Source of the DNA: [Eubacterium] saphenum
Lineage (GTDB): Bacteria > Bacillota > Clostridia > Lachnospirales > Anaerotignaceae
Assembly (NCBI GenBank): GCA_004557645.1
Contig: SFGI01000013.1
Location: forward strand, 162 to 64,161
Reading direction: 5' to 3'
Length of the DNA: 64,000 bases
In this document: piece after piece, positions 27,294 to 37,471 of the stretch
How the letters are laid out: every line of letters begins with the position of its first letter
Position numbering within the stretch: the stretch's first letter is position 1
Notes under the pieces: model-generated
Databases searched by the model: none
What the model was told of the DNA's origin: nothing
Seen by the model: only the letters and a program-made list of their open reading frames with translations
Translations under genes and position numbers: made by a program

Positions 27294-27896
27294 TTATATC
27301 ATCTTTTTCAATGCCGCCTTCAAAATATCTTCTGTGGACATGCCTTCTGCCGCCACAGCATTGACCGCCTTGGCTGCTTCGCTGCGGCTGTAGCCCAATG
27401 CCGTCATGGCGTCGATGGCTTCAAATTTTGCGTCGCCGCCCGCGGAAGTTTCCACGATGCCCTGTACTTCCCCGCCCATGGAAAGAGCTTCTTCCGTCTT
27501 AAATTTGTCCTTCAATTCCAAAATCACCCGCTGGGCTGTCTTTCTGCCCACCCCCGGCGCCTTGGAAAGGGTCTTTACATCCTCGGAAATGATCGCCAGG
27601 ATGATCTCCTGGGGGGTCAGCTGGGAAAGGAACCCCAAAGCTCCTTTGGGCCCAACGCCGCTGACTGTCAGCAGCTTATGGAACATTTCCTGTTCCTCTG
27701 CGCTGGCGAAGCCATATAAAGAAACGCCATCCTCCTTCACGCTGAAATAAGTGAACACCTTCACCATTTCGCCGGTCTGGGGCAGTTTCGCCAATGTGGC
27801 AGGGGAAACAAAAATCTGATAACCGATACCCCCTGTTTCTATGATGATGTAGCTTTCTGCCCGCCGTTCCAGCGTGCCTTTGATATATGCGATCAT
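27294..27896 (-). CDS. ruvA: Holliday junction DNA-binding protein RuvA
   Basis: MIAYIKGTL...GGIGYQIFVS...VSGVGPK. Confidence 0.95.
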   Translation of the reverse strand: MIAYIKGTLERRAESYIIIETGGIGYQIFVSPATLAKLPQTGEMVKVFTYFSVKEDGVSLYGFASAEEQEMFHKLLTVSGVGPKGALGFLSQLTPQEIILAIISEDVKTLSKAPGVGRKTAQRVILELKDKFKTEEALSMGGEVQGIVETSAGGDAKFEAIDAMTALGYSRSEAAKAVNAVAAEGMSTEDILKAALKKMI

Positions 27897-28041
27897 GCTT
27901 CTTCTCCATTTCAAATTCTTTGTATCATATCTTTTTCATTATATCGAATGAACCATAAAAGGGCAAGCGAACACGAACATATTTTTGTGTTTCCTTTCTC
28001 ACACTGAAAAAGCCCCGGATCTTTCCATCCGCGGCTTTTCA

Positions 28042-28554
28042 TCATTTCTGCAATGCTTTTACCTTATCCGTAATATATCCTTCCACTTCTTCATAGGGAA
28101 CGCCCAATGCCATGGAAAATTCCCGATGGAGCAATTCCTTTGCCAGCTTGCCATATTCCTGCTCTGTTTTTGCCAGCTTCCTGCCCTGTTCCATCATAGA
28201 TTTTTCCTTCATATAGACCGTCTTGATGAGCTTCACCAGGTCTTCGCACTGATGGGTATCCAGACAACCCTTGTATTTCTCGCTCAAGGCACGAACATCC
28301 TGCCCCTCAAAGGCTTCTTCCCGGATCTCCGGGATTTGCGCAATCAGGTGTTCTGCCTGCTCCTTTGTCAGGATGGGGCGCATAAAAACCTTTGTGTCCA
28401 AAGGCGCATAGATGGTCCCGGAGCCAAAAACGGGAGCCAGCGTATAATATTCCTTCCCACTGCGTCCCATAGGCGTACCGACTGGAATACCAATCTCCTT
28501 GATGCGGCAAATGCCGTTATTCCCGTAAATTACATATTCACCCTTTTGAAACAT
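28042..28554 (-). CDS. CarD/CdnL-family transcriptional regulator
   Basis: N-terminal MFQKGEYVIYGNNGICRIKEI (CarD_CdnL_TRCF Tudor-like domain) plus a helical C-terminal domain. Confidence 0.8.
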   Translation of the reverse strand: MFQKGEYVIYGNNGICRIKEIGIPVGTPMGRSGKEYYTLAPVFGSGTIYAPLDTKVFMRPILTKEQAEHLIAQIPEIREEAFEGQDVRALSEKYKGCLDTHQCEDLVKLIKTVYMKEKSMMEQGRKLAKTEQEYGKLAKELLHREFSMALGVPYEEVEGYITDKVKALQK

Positions 28555-28709
28555 CGCGCTCCCCTCCTATATCGCCTTTGGTTCATTTGCATCATAAAGA
28601 AAAGTGCAGCACACCTTGGACCTTTAGACTTTCCTTTTCCAATCATACGCTGCACTTCTATTTTATCATGTCTTACATTTACAATGCAAATGGGCATTTT
28701 CCCGAAAAA

Positions 28710-29153
28710 TCAATCCATGGCAACCACTTCGATGCCCGCTTCTTCCAAAATCGCTCTGGAAAGCTCATCGGGATATTCGCCCTTATGAACGATACGGGTG
28801 ATGCCTGCATTCACCAGCATCTTGGCGCAGATGACACAAGGCTGCAGGGTGATATAGATAGTGGCACCCTCTGTGCTGACGCCGATCTTCGCCGCCTGAA
28901 TGATGGCGTTCTGCTCTGCGTGCAGCGCACGGCAAAGTTCATGCCGCTGCCCGGAAGGGATATTCAGCCGCTGCCGTTCACAGCCGCCTATTTCTGTACA
29001 GTGCTTCAAGCCGGAGGGCGCACCGTTGTACCCTGTGGTAATGATGCGGTTATCCTTTACGATGACTGCCCCCACCTGTCTGCGCAGGCAGGTAGAACGG
29101 GTCTTTACGATCTCCGCGATCTGCATAAAATATTCATCCCAGCTGACTCTCAC
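28710..29153 (-). CDS. comEB: dCMP (deoxycytidylate) deaminase, ComEB-type
   Basis: HAEQNAI and PCVICAKM zinc motifs. GTG 29153 is 8 nt after GGAGG. The longer ATG ORF is rejected. Confidence 0.85.
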   Translation of the reverse strand: MRVSWDEYFMQIAEIVKTRSTCLRRQVGAVIVKDNRIITTGYNGAPSGLKHCTEIGGCERQRLNIPSGQRHELCRALHAEQNAIIQAAKIGVSTEGATIYITLQPCVICAKMLVNAGITRIVHKGEYPDELSRAILEEAGIEVVAMD

Positions 29154-29302
29154 TGTAAATTCCTCCTTTTTCCGTGAGGCTCCGCCTCTCTCTTGGCGAT
29201 ACCCATATTCCTTTCCCCAATACACAAAAAACATTCGTTTTTCAATCTCATTTCATTTTTTCAAAAATAACACAAAACGGATATAAAAACAATATGATGC
29301 AG

Positions 29303-29327
29303 CAAAAAAGCCCCTCTAACGAGGGGC
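29303..29327 (-). terminator. Intrinsic terminator after the CoA-transferase gene
   Basis: GCCCCTC (29310-29316), loop TAAC, GAGGGGC (29321-29327). TTTTTTG follows on the minus strand. Confidence 0.8.
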
Positions 29328-29342
29328 CCATTTCAATCGATC

Positions 29343-30650
29343 TTAAACGATCAGGTTCATTTTCTTTGCTTCGTATGTCAGTTCTTCTCTGAATTCGGGT
29401 GCAGCCAGGGAGATGATCATTTTTGCTCTTGCGCTGGCTGTCTGACCTTTCAGGCGAACGATATTGTTTTCTGTTACCAGGAAATCCACTTCGTTTTTAG
29501 ATGTTGTTACGATGGAGCCGGGTGTCAGAACGGGTTTGATCTTGGAGATTGTGCCGTTTTTCGCTGTGGAAGTCATAGCGATAAAGCCCTTGCCGCCTTT
29601 GGACATATTTGCGCCGCGCACGAAGTCTACCTGACCGCCGGAACCGCTGTAGTGGGTTGTGCCAAGGCTTTCTGCACAAACCTGACCAAACAGGTCGATT
29701 TCCACACAAGCGTTTACGGAGATGAAGTTGTCATGCTGACCGATGACATAAGGGTTGTTTGTGTAATCTACAGGGTGCATTTCGAAAGCAGGGTTGTCAT
29801 CCATGTAATCGTACATCTTTTTGGTACCCCAAGCCAGTGTTGCAACCGTCTTACCCACGTTGATGGGCTTCTTCATGTTGGTTACCGCACCGCATTCGAT
29901 CAGGTCTACCATACTGTCTGTGAACATTTCTGTGTGGATACCCAGATCCTTTTTGTCACGCAGCAGCACGCCAACTGCATTGGGAACGCCGCCGATGCCC
30001 AGCTGCAGTGTTGCGCCGTTGGGAACTTCGTCAGCGATCATCTGACCGATCTTCTTATCTGTATCTGTCAGAGGTGTTTCGGGCAGTGTCAGCAGTTCAT
30101 GGGAAGATTCGCACAGGGCAGTTACTTCGGAAATGTGGATCAGGTTATTCCCCATCACACGGGGCATTTTTTCGTTTACTTCCAGCAGGATGATGGCAGC
30201 TTTGCTCTTCATCACAGGTACTTCTGCCGCAGACATGCCGCATGTGAAGTAGCCGTGCTTATCCATAGGAGAAACCTCTGCATAGAATACATCCAGTCTG
30301 GGCATGCAGTCTCTCCAGTAGCCGGGAGTTGTGCTGTAGTTGTTGGGTACATAAGTATAGATACCCTGCTGTACTGCTTTTCTGCCTGCGCCGCCTGTAA
30401 ACCAGGATACATAGTCATATTTGCCCTTCAGTTCAGGGTTCATGAATGCGCCGCCCTTTACAGACAGGATGCCATGGTGTTCCACCCCTGTGATCTCGCC
30501 TCTTTTTGCTCTTTCGCCAATGGCATCACAAATCATTTCGGGTTCTTCCAGGCCTGTGGGGCAGGCACAGATGTCACCGGATTTTACATACATTGCAACT
30601 TCTTCGGGTGTTTTCAGTTTTGCACGATACATTTCCTGAAATTTGCTCAT
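29343..30650 (-). CDS. Acetyl-CoA hydrolase/transferase family protein, butyryl-CoA:acetate CoA-transferase-like
   Basis: Full-length (about 435 aa) family member with ...GIGGVPNAV... and ...HYSGSGGQVDFVRG.... Substrate assignment is by resemblance only. Confidence 0.8.
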   Translation of the reverse strand: MSKFQEMYRAKLKTPEEVAMYVKSGDICACPTGLEEPEMICDAIGERAKRGEITGVEHHGILSVKGGAFMNPELKGKYDYVSWFTGGAGRKAVQQGIYTYVPNNYSTTPGYWRDCMPRLDVFYAEVSPMDKHGYFTCGMSAAEVPVMKSKAAIILLEVNEKMPRVMGNNLIHISEVTALCESSHELLTLPETPLTDTDKKIGQMIADEVPNGATLQLGIGGVPNAVGVLLRDKKDLGIHTEMFTDSMVDLIECGAVTNMKKPINVGKTVATLAWGTKKMYDYMDDNPAFEMHPVDYTNNPYVIGQHDNFISVNACVEIDLFGQVCAESLGTTHYSGSGGQVDFVRGANMSKGGKGFIAMTSTAKNGTISKIKPVLTPGSIVTTSKNEVDFLVTENNIVRLKGQTASARAKMIISLAAPEFREELTYEAKKMNLIV

Positions 30651-30873
30651 GTTCTCTCTCACCTTTCTCATTTCTTTCCATTTTTTCATTGAAAACGCAA
30701 AAGAATTCTATCTTTTTTATTCTGTGCATACAAAATACGAACTATTAAAAGTATTTTAGCACAAAGAAAACCCAAAAGTAAAGGCAAATCCTGTTCTGTT
30801 CTTCAAATTGTACAACAATTTCAGAAAAATCATTCTTTTTTTGTCCTACATCATCCCTTATTGTCAGTTTCAC

Positions 30874-30907
30874 AAAAAAAGCCCGAAAGGAACACTTCCT
30901 TTCGGGC
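30874..30907 (-). terminator. Intrinsic terminator after the small P-loop gene
   Basis: GCCCGAAAGGAA (30881-30892), loop CAC, TTCCTTTCGGGC (30896-30907). TTTTTTTG follows on the minus strand. Confidence 0.85.
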
Positions 30908-30983
30908 TTTCATTTCTTTCTTGCTTTCCTATATTTAAAATATTTTAAATATCGATTTTTCCTGATTTATGTGAGTCTATCCA

Positions 30984-31397
30984 TTAAATCAGGTACTGCT
31001 GTACTTCTGCGGGAAGCGCATCAGTTTTGCGGCTGATAATCATTACCATGTCCATTTCAGCTTCCTTGGAAGTCTTATCCAGTTCCTGAATGAAGGAAAT
31101 GAAATCTGCGTCGCTGATTTTGTCCATAATATGGTTCAATCCATCAATATAAATTGTTTCAATATCGCTATTCTGAGAAAGGATACCACACACGAAACCT
31201 CTGAACACCTGTGGATTTTCCATAATGAACTTGGGTGTTTCTACGAAACGCACACTGTAGTGCAGATCATACATGTGGCTGTTGTCATCGTCTACGAATA
31301 CGATGCTGCCTTTTGCTTCTTTGCTGGCTGCGTTAGCCATATCGATCATTTTCTTTGTTTTACCTTCACCTTTTTCACCTGCAAGAATTTTAACCAT
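30984..31397 (-). CDS. Small stand-alone P-loop protein (137 aa), function unknown
   Basis: Walker A-like GEKGEGKT at residues 6-13 and a Walker B-like hhhhDDD (IVFVDDD). Has its own terminator. Confidence 0.6.
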   Translation of the reverse strand: MVKILAGEKGEGKTKKMIDMANAASKEAKGSIVFVDDDNSHMYDLHYSVRFVETPKFIMENPQVFRGFVCGILSQNSDIETIYIDGLNHIMDKISDADFISFIQELDKTSKEAEMDMVMIISRKTDALPAEVQQYLI

Positions 31398-31613
31398 TGC
31401 AATCTCCCCCTTTTATATCTGGATATTTTCTGGTGGTATACCTTTGGATTATTCATAATTGATCAGGAACATAAAGTGGATATCTCCTGTTACTCTTTAA
31501 ATTCTCCAAAAGTCCGCGCATTCCTTCTTTTTTGCGCGCATTTTTTACTGTTTTTTTGTTTTTGGCTTTTTTCACAAAAACGCCAATGGATTTTTATTTA
31601 CTATTCCCACAAA

Positions 31614-32564
31614 TTATTTTGCTGCCTGCAGGATCAAAGCAGCTGCACCCTGGATGCCGGCATGATTGCCCAGCTTCGCCAGTGCAAAAGTTTTGTTTCT
31701 GCTGTGGGCAAAAACATTGGCCTGATATGCTTTTTCGATCTTGTCCAGCAGGAACTGCCCTGCCCCGCAAACACCGCCGCCAATGACGATCCGCTCTGTA
31801 TCTGCGATATAGATGGCATTGGCCAAGGCACTGCCCAGTCTGGCACAGACAAAATCTGTGATCTCATCCGCAAGGGCATCTCCGCCTTTTGCAGCATCCC
31901 AAAGGTCTTTGGCAGAAAGGATTTCACACTGACGCAGAACAGAAGGCGCATCCTTTTCCGTCAGGAATCTATTCGCCATCCGCGCCATGCCTGTGGCAGA
32001 AGCATATTGTTCCAGGCAGCCCTTTTTGCCGCAGTTGCAGGCTTCCCTTTCGTAGGGATCGATAGTCATATGACCGATCTCCCCGGCAACGCCGCTGTCG
32101 CCCATCAGGATTTTTCCATCCAGCACGACGCCGCCGCCAACGCCGGTGCCCAATGTTACCATCAGCATGCTTTTTGCCCCTGTGCCTGCGCCATAGACCG
32201 CTTCGCCCAAGGCCGCCACACGGGCATCATTGCCGATACGCACCGGAGAAATGCCGATGATGCGTTCTGCCTCCTCTGCCAGGTTCACATCCCCCCAGCC
32301 GATATTCACCGCACCATGGAGTACACCGTCCGCCGTTACGGGGCCGGGTGCCGCCATGCCAATGCCCAGAATATCTTCTTTTGGGATCTTTTTTTCCTGC
32401 AAACAGCTTTCCAGAGATGCTTTCACATCCTCCAAAAGCCCTGCAGGGTCACTGCCTTTTCTGGTAGGGATCTCCCAGTTAGCGGCGATGGAGCCGTCTT
32501 CCATAACCAACCCGATCTTCACCGTCGTTCCGCCGATATCGATACCAAAACAATATCTCATCAT
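31614..32564 (-). CDS. glcK: ROK family glucokinase
   Basis: GIDIGGTT N-terminus and the ROK zinc motif CNCGKKGCLE. Confidence 0.9.
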   Translation of the reverse strand: MMRYCFGIDIGGTTVKIGLVMEDGSIAANWEIPTRKGSDPAGLLEDVKASLESCLQEKKIPKEDILGIGMAAPGPVTADGVLHGAVNIGWGDVNLAEEAERIIGISPVRIGNDARVAALGEAVYGAGTGAKSMLMVTLGTGVGGGVVLDGKILMGDSGVAGEIGHMTIDPYEREACNCGKKGCLEQYASATGMARMANRFLTEKDAPSVLRQCEILSAKDLWDAAKGGDALADEITDFVCARLGSALANAIYIADTERIVIGGGVCGAGQFLLDKIEKAYQANVFAHSRNKTFALAKLGNHAGIQGAAALILQAAK

Positions 32565-33085
32565 AGATCACCTTCATATTTATACACAATACTGTGTATC
32601 TTCTTTTTATATCTCTTGTAGGTCGTTTCATCGATGGCAGAGGGCTTCGTCATCAATTTCAGCGGAAGAACATCCTGCCCTTGGCGCATGGGCGGCTGCA
32701 GGTAGGGATATGGGTTGAACACAAATCCATGCCGCTCATAAAACCCGATGCGTCTTTTGGTCAGCTCATCCTCCGGTTCTTCCACCTCCAGAACCGTTGG
32801 TCTGCCTTTTTCCGCCAACAAAGCGTCCAAAAGCGTTCCGCCAAAACCGCCGTTGCGGTATTCTTCTTTTACCGCAAAATGCTCGATGTATAAAAAATCT
32901 TCGATCTCCCATACAGCAAAGACCGCAGCAAATCTGTCATCCTTTCTTACGCCGTAAAGCCGATAACAGGGCTCTGCCAGCATTGCTTTCTGCCGTTCCT
33001 TTTCCCGCAGTTCATTTACGGGAAAGGCACTTTCCAGCAGTGGAAAGATCTCATCGAAGGTCGTTTCTGTAATCCGTTCAAACAT
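32561..33085 (-). CDS. GNAT family N-acetyltransferase
   Basis: FAVKEEYRNGGFGGTLLD acetyl-CoA motif. ATG 33085 follows GGAGGTGG. The stop overlaps the glcK start (ATGA). Confidence 0.8.
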   Translation of the reverse strand: MFERITETTFDEIFPLLESAFPVNELREKERQKAMLAEPCYRLYGVRKDDRFAAVFAVWEIEDFLYIEHFAVKEEYRNGGFGGTLLDALLAEKGRPTVLEVEEPEDELTKRRIGFYERHGFVFNPYPYLQPPMRQGQDVLPLKLMTKPSAIDETTYKRYKKKIHSIVYKYEGDL

Positions 33086-33190
33086 AGTTTTCCACCTCCG
33101 CTTACAAAGGATACTATAAACTTGAGAAAAAAGCAAATCTTTCCTGAAATTCTTAAATTTTTCTAAAAACCGCCGCAAGGTCTTCTTTTT

Positions 33191-34495
33191 ATGTTATACT
33201 TGTCTGCAAAGAAAAGAAAGGATGTGATCCCACTGAAACGACTTCTGAGAGGCGCGGTCCTCTTTCTTTTATTATGCACCTGTTTCCTGCATACCGCCTC
33301 GGCAGCATCCATCCGCATCACCCTGGATGGTAAGGCTGTCTCCTTCGATGCAGCACCTTTCATCGAAAATGACCGGGTACTGGTGCCTGTCCGCGGCATT
33401 TTGGAATCTCTGGGCTATACGGTCCAATGGCAGGAAGATGTGCAGACTGTCCTTGCCCGCAGCGAGGATGTAACCATTTCTCTGCCCATCAACAGCAAGA
33501 CTGCCACCGTTAACGGCAAGAGCGTCTCCATAGATGCTCCGGCGAAGATCAAAAACGAACGCAGCTTCGTCCCTCTCCGCTTCCTAGCGGAATACAGCGG
33601 TGCAGAGGTCACCTGGAACGGCAGTACCTCCACCGTCGCCATCCAGACGAAACATGATCCCGCAGCCCAGAGCATCAAGGATTCTGTGGTCTATATCCAG
33701 ACCAATAAAATGCAGGGCAGCGGCGTGATCCTGTCCGCTGACGGCATCATTGCCACCAATTTTCATGTGATCGAAAAGGCTTCTGTGGCCCAATTCGTCT
33801 TTCAGGATGGTTCCATCTATCAGGGCAAGACCACTGTGATAGGGCTTTCCCCGGAAGAAGATATCGCCATCTTGAAAATCGAGAAAAATGGATTGATTCC
33901 TGCTTCTGTCTCCACCAGCTTCAGTGTCGGGGAAGCAGTCACCGCCATCGGCTCTCCCAGTGGGCAGCGAAATAAAGCCACCACCGGCGTGATCACGGGA
34001 TACGATCAGGATGTGATCTCCTCCTCCGCAGTCATTGCTCAGGGCAGCAGCGGCGGCGGTCTGTTCAACAGTAAAGGGCAGCTCATCGGCATGTCCTGCT
34101 CCTTCAGCAATGACCAGTATCTTTCCATTCCCATTTCCAAGGTGCTGCAGGTACCCCAAACCCTCTCCAAGCCCCTGATCGAAATGAGAAATTATTCCTA
34201 CACCCCCCACGGGCCCCAAAACCTGCGCTATACCGTAAAAGATGGTTATGCTTATGTTTCCTGGTCTCCTGTGTATGGTGCGGATTACTATTATGTTTCC
34301 ATTTCCTATTATGCCAACGGCCCCTTCAAACGCCTGCAAAATAAAGCCCTGGGCGGGGAAATATGGTATTGGGGCTATCCCCAGTGCTTTGGTATTACCA
34401 TCAATCGGGATCACCCCTTCTATCTGAAGGTTTCCGCCGTGGTGGATGGCACAGTCACCGCGGAAAGCAATGTTTTGAAAGTATATACAAAATAA
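33191..34495 (+). CDS. Secreted trypsin-like (S1C) serine protease with an N-terminal copper-amine-oxidase-like stalk domain and a C-terminal beta-rich domain
   Basis: Signal/TM segment. Two stalk repeats (NDRVLVPVR...VQW, NERSFVPLR...VTW). Catalytic residues in context: NFHV, DIAILK, GSSGGGLF. Confidence 0.85.
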   Translation: MLYLSAKKRKDVIPLKRLLRGAVLFLLLCTCFLHTASAASIRITLDGKAVSFDAAPFIENDRVLVPVRGILESLGYTVQWQEDVQTVLARSEDVTISLPINSKTATVNGKSVSIDAPAKIKNERSFVPLRFLAEYSGAEVTWNGSTSTVAIQTKHDPAAQSIKDSVVYIQTNKMQGSGVILSADGIIATNFHVIEKASVAQFVFQDGSIYQGKTTVIGLSPEEDIAILKIEKNGLIPASVSTSFSVGEAVTAIGSPSGQRNKATTGVITGYDQDVISSSAVIAQGSSGGGLFNSKGQLIGMSCSFSNDQYLSIPISKVLQVPQTLSKPLIEMRNYSYTPHGPQNLRYTVKDGYAYVSWSPVYGADYYYVSISYYANGPFKRLQNKALGGEIWYWGYPQCFGITINRDHPFYLKVSAVVDGTVTAESNVLKVYTK

Positions 34496-34508
34496 ATTTT
34501 TCTAAAAC

Positions 34509-34556
34509 AAAAAGACAACCTATTTTTCCATACAGGATCGTAGGTTGTCTTTTTCT
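34509..34556. terminator. Bidirectional terminator (protease gene / ybaK)
   Basis: AAAGACAACCTA (34511-34522) pairs with TAGGTTGTCTTT (34541-34552), followed by TTTTCTTT. Confidence 0.7.
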
Positions 34557-34563
34557 TTGCTTG

Positions 34564-35043
34564 TTATGCCATTTCTTTCGTCACGTCCGCCTCGGTGGCT
34601 TCCGTGTATCGGATCAGATCGTTGGGATCAAGAATGATCTGTTCCCCCCTTACCCCCGCGCTGACAGCGATCTCATCGAACAAGATGCAGGTCTCATCGA
34701 TGAAGGTGGGGTATTTTTTCTTCATCCCAATGGGGGAACAGCCGCCGCGGATATATCCCGTCAGTCCCAGCAGTTCCTTCATATGGGTCATTTCAACTTT
34801 TTTATTTTTAGATACGACAGCCGCCTTTTTCAAGTCCAGCTCCATATCCACAGGGATACAAAAAACATTGATCCCCGTTTTATCTCCTCTCGTCACCAGG
34901 GTCTTGAACACCTGCTCCGGTGCCATGCCCACCTGCTCCGCCGCATGGAGCCCCGAAAGGTTCGATTCATCATATTCATATTCCGCTGTGCGGTAAGGGA
35001 TGCCCGCTGCTTCCAGCAGACGCATCACATTGGTCTTTGTCAT
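34564..35043 (-). CDS. ybaK: Cys-tRNA(Pro)/Cys-tRNA(Cys) deacylase YbaK
   Basis: MTKTNVMRLLEAAGIPY...GYIRGGCSPIG, typical of YbaK/EbsC. Confidence 0.88.
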   Translation of the reverse strand: MTKTNVMRLLEAAGIPYRTAEYEYDESNLSGLHAAEQVGMAPEQVFKTLVTRGDKTGINVFCIPVDMELDLKKAAVVSKNKKVEMTHMKELLGLTGYIRGGCSPIGMKKKYPTFIDETCILFDEIAVSAGVRGEQIILDPNDLIRYTEATEADVTKEMA

Positions 35044-35056
35044 AAAAAGCACCTTC

Positions 35057-36295
35057 TTAGTCGTCCAAAATGATAAAGCTGTAGTCTATCCCTGTCCGCT
35101 CCATAAAATAATTCTTTGCCGCAATATCAGAGCTTACCTGCTGTGCCACCCAGTAATCGCCGACACGGTATGCCGCATAGCGTCTGCCGTCGGTCATACG
35201 GAAATATGCACAGTCTGCCGTTGCACACTGATACCAGATCTCGCTCTTGCTGGAAATAAACTGATTGCTGAACAATGCAGCCACTGCGCCGCCCTGTTCC
35301 CGCTTCACGTAGCTTCTCCAGGAAGCCAGATTATATTTTGGCAGCACATCCACATTGAAATCAGGCACCAGACGATTGATGGAAGTCACAGGATATGCGT
35401 CCATCTGCACATTGGGATAGATGACCTCCCAGAAATTATTGTCATTTTTCAGCACATACTGCTTGATGGCAGAAGTATCTGCCGTAGTAGAAAATGTAAC
35501 TACTGCGTATTTGTTGTCTTTGCGGATCTCCCGAACGAAGAAATCCTCAAACTTCCCTTCATACAGGCAAATATAGTTCAAAATACGACCATATTCCGCA
35601 GAAGCGGAAGACAACCGCACCACAGAGCCATGGCTCTGATTATATTTCGCCAGCAGCTTGTTATAGCTTGCCTCAGATATCTGCCCCGCCTTCCCGGAGG
35701 GAGACGCCAGCAGATATTTTCCATTCTGTTTCACTGCAGCAAATACGCCAAAATTCATACTGTCGGAAGGCACATTGGCACCATCGTATGCCGCCAGGTC
35801 ACTGCCTTCGATGAGCAGGATCTCAAATCCTGTCGTGTCCAGACCACTCTGCAGATATCCTTCCTTCACCAGCATGGCAGGGGTTATGTAACAGCCGTCA
35901 TAATAGCCGTAAAGCTTGCCGTTTTTGCTCATCCAGCCCCGTTTCGGGCCATTGATCTTATAATCCTGCTGAGCCGCCGCCGCAACTGCCGTCAGCGTCT
36001 CATACTGTTTGGAAGTCTCGCTCTGCCAGAAGGGTTTGGACTGGGTCGTCTGTTTTTTCGTATCGGTCTTTTTTTCTTCTTTTTCCTCGTCCTCTGTCTT
36101 TTCCTCGTCCTCCTCGGGTGTATCTTCTTTTCCGCCGGGCACGATGATCTCCGTAGTACGGCCATCCTCTTTTTCCTCCTGCACAGGAGTATTGGCCTGC
36201 TCTGCACCGCCGAAATCACAGCCGCTGGTCATAAAAATACAGATTCCCAAAAGAAGGCTGAGGAACCGCCATCTTTTATTCCCCACGATAATCAT
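35057..36295 (-). CDS. Lipoprotein of unknown function with a long acidic linker
   Basis: Lipobox LLLGICIFMTSGC, then a linker rich in E/D/K/T. The start is ambiguous: ATG 36319, ATG 36295, or GTG 36286 (which has the best SD spacing). Overlaps the upstream gene. Confidence 0.7.
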   Translation of the reverse strand: MIIVGNKRWRFLSLLLGICIFMTSGCDFGGAEQANTPVQEEKEDGRTTEIIVPGGKEDTPEEDEEKTEDEEKEEKKTDTKKQTTQSKPFWQSETSKQYETLTAVAAAAQQDYKINGPKRGWMSKNGKLYGYYDGCYITPAMLVKEGYLQSGLDTTGFEILLIEGSDLAAYDGANVPSDSMNFGVFAAVKQNGKYLLASPSGKAGQISEASYNKLLAKYNQSHGSVVRLSSASAEYGRILNYICLYEGKFEDFFVREIRKDNKYAVVTFSTTADTSAIKQYVLKNDNNFWEVIYPNVQMDAYPVTSINRLVPDFNVDVLPKYNLASWRSYVKREQGGAVAALFSNQFISSKSEIWYQCATADCAYFRMTDGRRYAAYRVGDYWVAQQVSSDIAAKNYFMERTGIDYSFIILDD

Positions 36296-36686
36296 CCTCT
36301 TTGTCTTTGATCGCTTCATAAACAGAAAGCAGTTCTTCCCTGTGGGCATCCAGAATATCTGTCAGTTTCTGTTCCATCACATCCTGTTCCTCTGCAAAGG
36401 GGAAAGTCACCACCCAAACGGGGTCGTAATGCCCATCTTCCTCTTCCATGGAATCCACCAGTGCGCCCACGGTTTCTGTATCATAATAATCATATACTGC
36501 GTCGTATTCCCAATCCTGCAGTTCTCTTTCACAGGTCAGGCGCATCACGACTTTCTTTTCTTCGCCTTCTGCAAAAATATTGAAGATCAGCTCGCCGTTT
36601 TCAGAAATAGAGTAAGCCCCCAGTTCCTTTTCCAGAAAGCCTGTTTCCGCATCCTTTAGCATGATTACGATTACTGTCTCTTCCAT
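36276..36686 (-). CDS. Acidic hypothetical protein (136 aa)
   Basis: ATG 36686 is 6 nt after AAGGAGA. No recognisable motif. The 3' end overlaps the lipoprotein gene. Confidence 0.6.
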   Translation of the reverse strand: MEETVIVIMLKDAETGFLEKELGAYSISENGELIFNIFAEGEEKKVVMRLTCERELQDWEYDAVYDYYDTETVGALVDSMEEEDGHYDPVWVVTFPFAEEQDVMEQKLTDILDAHREELLSVYEAIKDKEDDYRGE

Positions 36687-36827
36687 ATATGATCTCCTTA
36701 TATTCATCGATATACATAGTTTTCTATCTTACGATTATACTACAAAAAACCACATGATGCAACAAATCCCACCCGATTACAGGACTTACTAGATATCTGA
36801 CGGAAAAAATTAAACTTTTGTTCCCCT

Positions 36828-37376
36828 TTATTTTTCGATTTCCGGATAGGGGATAAATTCCTTTGGCGGGTCGGGGTGTTCCCCAATGGATTTTTCCATC
36901 CAGACCATCCCCAGCCACTGCCCCAGCTTATAGGCACAGTCGGTGAATTTTCCCGCCTGATGATAGCCCATGGCTTCATGAAAGGCAATGCTGTGGGGGT
37001 TAGGATAGGCAATGCAGGCATTCACGTTCTGCACATTCTGCTGCCGCAAAGCTTCTTCCAAAGCGGCATAGAGCTTCTTCCCGATCCCCTTGCCCCGTTC
37101 CTCCATTTTCAGATAGACCGTTGCCTCCGCCGACCAGATATAGGCCCTTCTGCCATGGAAAGCAGAAGCATAGGCATAGCCAAGGATCTTTCCATCCTCC
37201 ACCGCCGCAAAATAGGGATAGCGTTCCAGTGTATTGCAGATGCGCCCTCGGAATTCCTCCAGAGAAGGCACATCATATTCATAAGTTACCGTCGTTTCTG
37301 TCACATAGGGCGCATAAATCGCCAGCAGCTCCTCTGCATCCCCTTCCGTCACAGATCTGATTCTGATTTCTCCCAT
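36828..37376 (-). CDS. GNAT N-acetyltransferase, phosphinothricin-acetyltransferase (PAT/YncA)-like
   Basis: MGEIRIRSVTEGDAEELLAIYAPYV...YPYFAAVEDGKILGYAYA...GKGIGKKLY pattern. Confidence 0.8.
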   Translation of the reverse strand: MGEIRIRSVTEGDAEELLAIYAPYVTETTVTYEYDVPSLEEFRGRICNTLERYPYFAAVEDGKILGYAYASAFHGRRAYIWSAEATVYLKMEERGKGIGKKLYAALEEALRQQNVQNVNACIAYPNPHSIAFHEAMGYHQAGKFTDCAYKLGQWLGMVWMEKSIGEHPDPPKEFIPYPEIEK

Positions 37377-37471
37377 ACTCTCCCTCTTTTCCTTTGTTTT
37401 TCTGATTGTACTCCTTTTTCTTTCCCTTGTCATGAAAAAAGCCTTGGAGATTTTCCGCTCCAAGGCACTTT

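Noticed and set aside
36040-36130. Purine/pyrimidine-biased low-complexity DNA that looks like a tandem repeat
   Set aside because: It is the coding sequence of the E/D/K-rich linker of the lipoprotein (minus strand), not a non-coding repeat element.
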